From IMG/VR virus record IMGVR_UViG_3300031952_000016, positions 1-63,102 of that record: DNA of 63,102 bases. One strand, 5' to 3'. The notes below the pieces were generated by a model. The model saw only the letters and a program-made list of their open reading frames with translations, was not told the DNA's origin and did no database searches. A program made the position numbers and the translations under genes. The DNA comes from a virus (Duplodnaviria; Caudoviricetes). Below are positions 55,267-62,866 of the stretch, piece by piece. Every line of letters starts with the position of its first letter. Positions within the stretch are counted from its first letter, which is position 1.

Positions 55267-55833
55267 AGTGTACTTATTTAAGTTAGACAAAGATAATAAT
55301 TTTTAGATAGTAGTAGTGATTGGGCTATATGTAGGTTTGACGACAGCGCGCCCCAAACGAAAACGACTTTTTTTTCGCATAGTGGGGTACTGTTTTGTAG
55401 GATTTTCCCTACATTTTTTCAGCTTTTTGCAAGCTACTTTGTAGTCCTTCTCCTACAAATACGCTATACGCTTGTACTAATTCTCCTACATTTTGCACTA
55501 GTTTCTTACTACATTTTTTATCGTTGCTATCCTGCTAATTGCTTGACTGTCAGTGTGTTATGAATGTAAGAATCCACTTACAAACGCTTACAATAGGCTA
55601 TTTTAGGGCTTGACTTAAAACCTCTTTTGTAGTCCTAATCCTATTAAAACTTAAAAATATTAATTCCATAACTACCTGATTTTAAACAACTTACATTTAA
55701 TATCTCAAAAAAAACTAAATTTTAACATTTTAAATATTGTATTGTAAAACTATTGTATTAATATTGCTAAAGATTTGCAAAGGGAATTAACCATATTAAC
55801 CACAAATCAAAACAACGATTAAAATTTAATATT

Positions 55834-56112
55834 ATGGGAACTAAAGTAACAATTCAGAATGTAAGAAACGTAAACAATGCTAAAAAAGAGCAAAACAAAA
55901 CAATAGGCGGTATTATATCCAACATCTTAACGCTAGACAAAAACAAGCTAGAGAATAAAGAAGATAAAAGTATAATTGAATATTTAGTTAAGGCAAAAAA
56001 AGATAGTAACGTATATAAAAGATTATGCGAAAATGTTAAGCTCCACTACAAAACTAATCTACCTAATCAATACGCCGTATTACAAGCCGTTAAGGTTATA
56101 TTAAACAAGTAG
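55834..56112 (+). CDS. first early hypothetical protein (basic)
   Basis: ORF track; first + strand gene after the strand switch. Confidence 0.7.
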   Translation: MGTKVTIQNVRNVNNAKKEQNKTIGGIISNILTLDKNKLENKEDKSIIEYLVKAKKDSNVYKRLCENVKLHYKTNLPNQYAVLQAVKVILNK

Positions 56113-56244
56113 GAATTATCTTACATTTTCAGGGTGCCTACTTTGTTGAGAATAGACAAAGGTAAAAATCGAATTTTTGCACTCTACAAAAGTGGTTTTA
56201 TTGTGTTACACTAGATTAACACAAAATTTATAAAAGTATCTTAT

Positions 56245-56318
56245 TTTGTAGCTCCTAGAGTGCAATTTTAGAAACGTAAACTTTTATAAATAGTTGTATT
56301 TGTAGCTCCTAGAGTGCA
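56245..56318 (+). repeat. 20-bp direct repeat TTTGTAGCTCCTAGAGTGCA x2
   Basis: Copies at 56245-56264 and 56299-56318. Confidence 0.85.
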
Positions 56319-56755
56319 TTTAATAACTGTTATTTGAAATTTCGATATATTACAAAGGTGCAAAAGTGTACTAAAATAACCGTATTGTTATACGTTTAAA
56401 ATTAGTACTCGATTAGCTAACAAAGTACATATCGATATGTAAAAAAATGCATTAAACAGTATAAAAAAACTGTTTACAATTGTAACACTACAACGTTACA
56501 AACGTGGTTTTTTGTGTGTTTTTTATCCATAGGACTGTACGAGGCAAAAGTATGAAGACTCGCCTAAACTAAGTTAATGACTTAATGATACAGTACACAA
56601 AGGTACTAAAGACAAGCTATGTCTAGTAGTGGGCGACCTTTGTAGTAAAAAAGCCAAACGTTGAACGGGGCGAACGGTATTTACAAATGTAAATTTACAA
56701 ATGTAAACAACAATATTAAACTATTCCACTTCAAACGAGGTGGAATTTTTATATA

Positions 56756-56805
56756 GCATAGTCATTGGAATGATTAATTAAGGTTCGATTCCTTACTATG
56801 CGCTA
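56756..56805 (+). ncRNA. tRNA-like minihelix (acceptor-like stem + T arm)
   Basis: GCATAG/CTATGC stem stacked on TAAGG-TTCGATT-CCTTA. Confidence 0.6.
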
Positions 56806-56823
56806 ATTTAAAACCAAATAAAG

Positions 56824-57006
56824 ATGAGAACACGAATGAACACAAAGGTTGATGTTACAAATGTAATACAACAAATTGAGATTGAGATTAGAGCCTATTC
56901 AAAAGCGGTACGTACTATAATGCTACTTAAGAAGGTGGAGTACAAGGACGCAAAAAGAATTTTGGAAATGAGATTAACTGAACGTTTAATATTTAAAACA
57001 GCATAA
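56824..57006 (+). CDS. hypothetical protein, paralog of 57644..57814
   Basis: IQQIE...YKDAK.IL..RLTERL.FK.A. Confidence 0.7.
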   Translation: MRTRMNTKVDVTNVIQQIEIEIRAYSKAVRTIMLLKKVEYKDAKRILEMRLTERLIFKTA

Positions 57007-57007
57007 A

Positions 57008-57232
57008 ATGAACAGTCTAACAAATCATCAGTACTACAAAGGATTAAATAATAGGTTTGACAATAGGGTAAAAAAGCTAGTGAAAGCAGGACTTTTTTAT
57101 GATAAAGAACTTATAGGATTTAGAGTAAGGAATAGAAATCAAAGTAACCCGAATAATTATATTTTAAATTCAATAATAATGCATTCAGACAAGAGACATT
57201 TCAATTTAACATTAAACAATATGATACAATGA
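57008..57232 (+). CDS. hypothetical protein
   Basis: ORF track. Confidence 0.65.
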   Translation: MNSLTNHQYYKGLNNRFDNRVKKLVKAGLFYDKELIGFRVRNRNQSNPNNYILNSIIMHSDKRHFNLTLNNMIQ

Positions 57233-57346
57233 AAATAGCTTTAAACATTATTATAGCGAGCATATGCATGTTAACATCATATCCCATCGTTTTAATTATA
57301 GGAATAGTAGTATTAGTAGCAATCAATTATAAAACCAATTAGTAAG

Positions 57347-57640
57347 ATGGAAGATTTTATCACACCAATCAAAGACAAATTAGACTTTGAAATGCATCAA
57401 CAGTGCGTAGTGTTCATGTTATTAGGTACGCCAAGGGAGTCGCCAAGATGGCTAAACTATGGAGGCTTTGACATAGACACGAAGGTACTACGTATAGAGA
57501 GTACACAGACATCTCATATATTCTTTGAGATAGAGACAGAAGGCTTCAATCATATACCGTGTGATGAGTTTTGGTTACAGTTCAAAAAGTATAGAACAGA
57601 GTTTTTAGAGAAGTATTACCCAACAATTAAAACCTATTAG
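57347..57640 (+). CDS. hypothetical protein
   Basis: ORF track. Confidence 0.7.
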   Translation: MEDFITPIKDKLDFEMHQQCVVFMLLGTPRESPRWLNYGGFDIDTKVLRIESTQTSHIFFEIETEGFNHIPCDEFWLQFKKYRTEFLEKYYPTIKTY

Positions 57641-57643
57641 ATT

Positions 57644-57814
57644 ATGAATGACAACCAAGAATTAGCAAGCGCTATTCAACAAATCGACTATGAGTTTAAT
57701 GCGTACTGTAATGCAATCAGAACAGTAATGAAATTAGACAACGTAAAGTACAAGGATGCAAAGGCTATCCTAGACAGAAGACTAACCGAACGTTTACTAT
57801 TTAAAAAAGCATAG
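57644..57814 (+). CDS. 56-aa paralog of 56824..57006
   Basis: Manual translation MNDNQELASAIQQID...YKDAKAILDRRLTERLLFKKA*. Confidence 0.7.
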   Translation: MNDNQELASAIQQIDYEFNAYCNAIRTVMKLDNVKYKDAKAILDRRLTERLLFKKA

Positions 57815-57816
57815 CT

Positions 57817-58179
57817 ATGAAGACATATACATTTTACGAGCAAACCATTATAGACAACATTGACTTTAGTGGTTACGAGGATGATGCCGATATATTCGGG
57901 GATTATCCATTGTACACAAACATTCAGAATGTGTACTCAATATTCAAAAAAGAATATGTACATCAAAACAATTCGTTTATGAATGAGGAGATACTATTCA
58001 AAGAGTGGCTTCAAGGGTTGCCATCTATATTAACGGTTCCGTTCTACAACTATGATATAATAGAGAACGCAAGGAAAGCAGGATTCAGTCTTATGACAGA
58101 GAGTAAAGAGGAACAATTTTTAGATACGTATTGGAGTAGGTTAGCCAATGCTTTCTTCACTTTAAAAGAGAACTTATGA
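57817..58179 (+). CDS. hypothetical protein
   Basis: ORF track. Confidence 0.75.
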   Translation: MKTYTFYEQTIIDNIDFSGYEDDADIFGDYPLYTNIQNVYSIFKKEYVHQNNSFMNEEILFKEWLQGLPSILTVPFYNYDIIENARKAGFSLMTESKEEQFLDTYWSRLANAFFTLKENL

Positions 58180-58333
58180 AACAAAAAGTATGGGAGATAT
58201 GGTTTATTATCTCAATAGTCATTTCAATTGCCTTCTTTCTAGTAGGCACATTGCCCAATTTTTTATATGGTTTTATACCATCAATCATTAACCTAGTCGT
58301 ATGCGTATGCTATGGCACAATCAATTCAGACAA

Positions 58334-58489
58334 ATGAGAACAGAGATAACAGACATTCAAAAGTGGGTACGAGAGTACAACTATCCAACAAGTGAACAAC
58401 AATTTGTTAAGGCAAAGCGAGAGCTTGAGAAAGTCCATAATAAGTACGGCACAATAGATATAAGTATAATCAAATCATTAATCAATTAA
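58334..58489 (+). CDS. hypothetical protein
   Basis: ORF track; internal ATG preferred. Confidence 0.55.
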   Translation: MRTEITDIQKWVREYNYPTSEQQFVKAKRELEKVHNKYGTIDISIIKSLIN

Positions 58490-58503
58490 CAAAGTATCAC
58501 GCT

Positions 58504-58671
58504 ATGGAAAAATTAATATTATTTATAATCATCGTGGCTACGCTATCAAGTTGTGGCTCAAACTGTAGCAGAACGAGAAGGTATTGGAGCACCCACAGAT
58601 GTGTGTACCAACCTACTCAAATTGACACTCAATTCACATTTATTAACAACCAAATTGTAATACTTAGATAA
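58504..58671 (+). CDS. 55-aa lipoprotein
   Basis: Manual translation MEKLILFIIIVATLSSCG... with an LSS-C lipobox. Confidence 0.65.
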   Translation: MEKLILFIIIVATLSSCGSNCSRTRRYWSTHRCVYQPTQIDTQFTFINNQIVILR

Positions 58672-58763
58672 CGGTTTGCAGCTAACAGAAGTGGCTGCTT
58701 TTAAGAACTTCTGAATTGAAAACAAATGCCTGAAGCATCCATTTTTGTTAGGTGCTGTTATAA
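58666..58763 (+). repeat. attC-like imperfect inverted repeat
   Basis: TAAC...GTTA ends; TAACGGTTTGCAGCTAACAGAAGTGGCTGCTT pairs with AAGCATCCATTTTTGTTAGGTGCTGTTA. Confidence 0.6.
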
Positions 58764-58842
58764 AGGGTATTCACTAACTGATAAAAATAACTTAGATGAA
58801 CCTGCCACTTGGGGTGGTTGGGGAGACTACTAATTCAAGAGT

Positions 58843-59052
58843 ATGACAAACATTATACATTATTCAGACCAAGAACTTAGCTTATTGTTTCTAAACGATG
58901 AGGTATTGTACAAAGAATTGATGAGAGCAGTTAGAAGAACTGACTTTACCATTGTAAAGGAACTGTGTGATGAGTTATTCATATACACTGAAGACCAATT
59001 AGAAGATTTGGCAGACACATTTAACGATGAATTAATAGAGTACGAACTATAA
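58843..59052 (+). CDS. acidic hypothetical protein
   Basis: ORF track. Confidence 0.7.
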   Translation: MTNIIHYSDQELSLLFLNDEVLYKELMRAVRRTDFTIVKELCDELFIYTEDQLEDLADTFNDELIEYEL

Positions 59053-59078
59053 TAATTATTAACTAAACAATTAACATT

Positions 59079-60284
59079 ATGAGATTATCAGTATTAAGAA
59101 CGCTTTACGAAGTGTTCAACGATGACAGAGAGAAAGTACAACGTGCAATCTCTAGTTTAGAAAATGGGGATGTATCTATCCAAGAGATAGAGTCCGGAGA
59201 ATACTTCTCCCACGAAGATGGCTACTATTCCTGTGAGGACTATGTAACTACCGAAAATGGAGATGTACTACATAGAGACGATGCTTTCTATTGTAATGGC
59301 TATGAAGAGTATTATCACGAGGATGATATGGTAACTGTGTACGAGGATGGAGACACGAACTATTACAGCCGACAATGGATAGAGAACAGGACTGATGACT
59401 ATGCTTTTTATGAGGGCGAGTGGTATGACAACAGTGCACAACAAAGATACTGTCTTGTGTGGGCACAAGATATGAACCAATTAATCCACGAGGACTGTGC
59501 GTACTACCACGATGGAGATGGTTGGTACTCGTATGAGCCTGACGAGACTGAGGAGTATGTTCGTGGCTATCACAATGGTAGCTATCAGTCCATTAACTTT
59601 GACAACAAGTCTAAGTATCGTATCGGCTACGAGATTGAGAAGGAGGACTCAGAGGTATTGGAGAGTATCAACATCCAAGACTTCGAGAGTAATACTGATT
59701 ACAAGTGGCGTAAAGAAAAAGATGGCTCTCTCGATGATGATTCAGGCTATGAACTTATCAGTCCTACCTTTGAGTTTAACATCGACAAGATATTTGAGCA
59801 TATTGAGAGTAATGATGTATTAGTAGAGCATATCAATGCAAAGTACAGTACAAGTTGTGGTGGACACATTCATCTATCAGAGAAGAACCTTAATGGAGAG
59901 CAGTTGTTCGAGAAGATTAAAGGGTACACACCTCTGTTGTATGCCTTGTACTACGGCAGGGTAGACAAGAACTTCTGCAAAGGTAAAGCCAATAAAGACC
60001 TAGCCTATGAGAATGAGAAGTATCAGGCTATCAAGATACACCACGATAGGGTAGAGTTTCGTATCATCAGTGCGGTTATCAATGTTAAGACTCTCAAGTG
60101 GAGAACAAAGTTATTGATGATGATTTTGCAGAACCCTACCCACGATGTCATCAGAGCGTACTACAACGTGGATACTAAGTTCACAAAGTTACTCAAGCAG
60201 ACTTATACAGACAGCAAGTTAGTTGACTTGAAGGAACGCTTTATAAAATTTACAAAACAATTTGAAGGAATAGATATTAAATAA
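59079..60284 (+). CDS. putative amidoligase (COOH-NH2 ligase) with an acidic Tyr-rich N-terminus
   Basis: IGYEIE, KDGSL...GYELISP, SCGGHIH, VEFRI. Confidence 0.75.
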   Translation: MRLSVLRTLYEVFNDDREKVQRAISSLENGDVSIQEIESGEYFSHEDGYYSCEDYVTTENGDVLHRDDAFYCNGYEEYYHEDDMVTVYEDGDTNYYSRQWIENRTDDYAFYEGEWYDNSAQQRYCLVWAQDMNQLIHEDCAYYHDGDGWYSYEPDETEEYVRGYHNGSYQSINFDNKSKYRIGYEIEKEDSEVLESINIQDFESNTDYKWRKEKDGSLDDDSGYELISPTFEFNIDKIFEHIESNDVLVEHINAKYSTSCGGHIHLSEKNLNGEQLFEKIKGYTPLLYALYYGRVDKNFCKGKANKDLAYENEKYQAIKIHHDRVEFRIISAVINVKTLKWRTKLLMMILQNPTHDVIRAYYNVDTKFTKLLKQTYTDSKLVDLKERFIKFTKQFEGIDIK

Positions 60285-60303
60285 CAATTAAACAATTAAC
60301 ATT

Positions 60304-61113
60304 ATGTGCATAGCAATTTTAAACACGAAAAAAGCAGGTAGATTACCTAAGAATCAAATCAAAAACTCTTGGGATAACAATGATATGGGAGCAGGTCTCC
60401 TATGGAACAAAGACGGTAAGTTAAATGTATTCAAGTCGTATGACTATGATGACTACATAGACAAGTACAATGCCCTTAGAGATGACAATACCATCAACAG
60501 TATAGTGTTACATTTCAGGATAGCCACTAGTGGTTACAATGGAGAGCATAACCTTCATCCCTTTCTTGTCAATGACAACGTAGGATTTGTACACAACGGA
60601 GTCATTAGTGGACTAGGTAACAAGACCTTCTCAGACACGTATGAATTTAATGATATGCTTAAAAAGTTTAAGCACGATTTCTTATCTTGCGATATGAGTA
60701 AGTTCTTCATATCAGAGTACATAGGGTACAGCAAGCTAGTGTTCTTAGATAACAAAGACAAGCATACCATTATCAATGAGGAGTTAGGTAAGTGGTCCAA
60801 TGGTAATTGGTACTCCAATGATTCCTACAAAGAGTACAAGCCCTATGTTTATTATGGGAATCAAAAGGTTGCTAAGACGGATGTTGCAGGCAGTAAGACC
60901 TACCCTCACTATGATTACAGCAAAGATGCGTGGGATGATTTAGACGAGGGAATAGAGTATGACGAGTGGGATGTGTATGACTACCTATGTAGCGTGTACG
61001 GACTAAACCCTGAGGCAGACGATTCAATAGATGAGTTAGAGACGTATATGACGCTGAACAACGTAGACAACATCATAGATTTGTACAAAATCATAGGCGG
61101 GGAAATGGAATAA
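60304..61113 (+). CDS. class II glutamine amidotransferase
   Basis: N-terminal Cys (MCIAI), HFRIATSG, HPF, FVHNG, SDT. Confidence 0.85.
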   Translation: MCIAILNTKKAGRLPKNQIKNSWDNNDMGAGLLWNKDGKLNVFKSYDYDDYIDKYNALRDDNTINSIVLHFRIATSGYNGEHNLHPFLVNDNVGFVHNGVISGLGNKTFSDTYEFNDMLKKFKHDFLSCDMSKFFISEYIGYSKLVFLDNKDKHTIINEELGKWSNGNWYSNDSYKEYKPYVYYGNQKVAKTDVAGSKTYPHYDYSKDAWDDLDEGIEYDEWDVYDYLCSVYGLNPEADDSIDELETYMTLNNVDNIIDLYKIIGGEME

Positions 61114-61387
61114 ACTATCATCATTATGGAAAACGTAAACAGATTTTACGAGTGGATGCTTAAAGTGAAGAGCATCCACTTATCGGACAACGAGCGTATG
61201 ACTAGAGCATACGAAATAGTATATCAAAACAGTTAGAAATTATGGTAAAAGTGTATTTTGAAACAGATGGCTATGTAGAATTAGTAGCTATATTTGCAAC
61301 GGAGAGCAACTATATGGTTTGCTTGCCTATATTAGAATTAGAGGCTATTAAACAAGGGTTTATGCGTGTAACCGAATCAATTGAAGT

Positions 61388-61612
61388 ATGAAAGTATATA
61401 GAGTAAACACAACAGCGTACAAGGAGGAAGATTTCTACCTCCTTACAGACCTATCAGAGGAAGAGATTGCAGATGTTATAACACCAATAGTTGTCCGAGA
61501 GCGAGATGGGTATGAGGAATATGATAATGAATTATTAGTAGATGCACTAAAGAAAAAGTATCCAAGAAAAAAGGTTGAGCTCTATTCAGAGTTTGACCTT
61601 ATTACAATCTAA
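61388..61612 (+). CDS. hypothetical protein
   Basis: ORF track. Confidence 0.7.
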   Translation: MKVYRVNTTAYKEEDFYLLTDLSEEEIADVITPIVVRERDGYEEYDNELLVDALKKKYPRKKVELYSEFDLITI

Positions 61613-61756
61613 GTGGAATGACGGTTAAAAATCCTTACTTGTCGGTAATGTAGGCAGTTGTAATGCCATTGGTTAATTCAGTACGTCATTCAGCATCAAT
61701 AGATGCTCACTCATATAGCTGAAATTACAATAAGACTGACTGATGGAAAGACATCA
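61613..61756 (+). ncRNA. candidate pseudoknotted RNA
   Basis: GAATGACG/CGTCATTC helix; GGCA-GTTGTAA-TGCC loop complementary to TTACAA; terminal TGATG-GAAAGA-CATCA hairpin. Confidence 0.5.
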
Positions 61757-61758
61757 AT

Positions 61759-61834
61759 GGGGGATTAGCTCAATTGGTAGAGCCGTGAGCATAGGCATAA
61801 CGAGGTTACAGGTTCGAGTCCTGTATTCCCCACT
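61759..61834 (+). tRNA. tRNA with a non-canonical anticodon arm (identity undetermined)
   Basis: GGGGGAT/ATTCCCC acceptor, GCTC-AATTGGTA-GAGC D arm, ACAGG-TTCGAGT-CCTGT T arm; anticodon arm malformed; no CCA. Confidence 0.7.
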
Positions 61835-61852
61835 AATTTTAAATTTAATCAA

Positions 61853-62368
61853 ATGAAAACAGTAAGAGAAAAAGTAATTGAACAGATTAGACTGCAGGAG
61901 AAAATGCAAAGTCTAGCAAAAGTAAACCTAGTTACTTGTGGTAATTGTGGTGCTACATTATTGCACGAGCTGAATGAAGAGCAAATTGACTGCTTTGCGT
62001 GTGGTAATATGATTGACCAATCAGACTGCCCGGACTATTGGTATAGTGGACTAGAGAACTCAGAAGAGTACAATAGAGAGGAGCCTACTCTTTATGGAAA
62101 GTTAATTGACATAGAGGTTAATGAAGCGGTAGAACTCAGCACTATCATCAAACAAGAAAACATTGAGAACGCAAAAAAACTACTTAAAAGTGAGGGCTAC
62201 TATATAGACAGCCTTTGGACGACAGATGACGTTACAGAGAACTACAATTGCACAGAGGAACAGGCTCAAGAGGTGCTTGATAGCGCATTAAATAACGAGG
62301 CAACTATGCAACAGATATGGGATGCCATCAAGTGTAGTGCAGAGGATTTAAAACTAAAAGAGATATGA
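61853..62368 (+). CDS. zinc-ribbon hypothetical protein
   Basis: CGNC...CFAC. Confidence 0.7.
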   Translation: MKTVREKVIEQIRLQEKMQSLAKVNLVTCGNCGATLLHELNEEQIDCFACGNMIDQSDCPDYWYSGLENSEEYNREEPTLYGKLIDIEVNEAVELSTIIKQENIENAKKLLKSEGYYIDSLWTTDDVTENYNCTEEQAQEVLDSALNNEATMQQIWDAIKCSAEDLKLKEI

Positions 62369-62622
62369 AACAAGAAACACTTGAAGAATTTATTTTTAAA
62401 GTTCCTTTTGATTATAACATCAAACCTAAAGAGGTTATTAATATGTGTATGAAAGAACAAGAAAATATTATTCTTACTTGGAGATTAGGTTATTTTATAG
62501 ATATGATTAATTCTTTACCTGATGACACAGAAAAGAATAGAATATTAAAATCTGTTTTTGATAACAGAGATGGAGAATTATTATTAGAATCTTATAAATC
62601 AATGAAATCACATTATGAATAA
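62365..62622 (+). CDS. hypothetical protein starting MKQETLEE
   Basis: ORF track. Confidence 0.7.
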   Translation: MKQETLEEFIFKVPFDYNIKPKEVINMCMKEQENIILTWRLGYFIDMINSLPDDTEKNRILKSVFDNRDGELLLESYKSMKSHYE

Positions 62623-62863
62623 ACAAGAAACACTTGAAGAAGCTGCTAAAGAATTTTTTAGAAAATTTAAACATACACACAGTCCTGATAATTATTATTT
62701 AGCTTTAGTTGAATTTGCTAAATGGCAACAAGAAAGAAGTTATAGTGAGGAAGATTTAAAAGAAGCATTTAAACAATCTCGATAATATTTTATATTCCAA
62801 AAAGATATGCCACCATTATATAAAAATTTTGAAGAATGGTTTGAACAATTTAAAAACAAATAA
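62615..62863 (+). pseudogene. KQETLEE...WFEQFKNK type gene interrupted by an in-frame TAA
   Basis: TAA at 62783-62785; the same frame continues to WFEQFKNK* at 62863. Confidence 0.7.
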
Positions 62864-62866
62864 ATT

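Larger units (their letters stand above)
56131..56805 (+). ncRNA. candidate long structured non-coding RNA region
   Basis: About 700 nt with no ORF in the track and at least ten stem-loops visible by eye. Confidence 0.5.

Noticed and set aside
56245-56318. Mini CRISPR array (20-bp repeat, 34-bp spacer)
   Set aside because: Only two short repeats, no cas genes, and the spacer pairs with upstream sequence as part of a larger fold.
61613-61756. Known self-cleaving ribozyme (hammerhead, twister, pistol, HDV-like)
   Set aside because: Core consensus sequences were not matched by eye; CTGATGG-AAAG closes a simple hairpin rather than a hammerhead core.
62783-62785. Stop-codon reassignment
   Set aside because: A single in-frame TAA; all core genes are intact in the standard code, and TAA, TAG and TGA all serve as stops.
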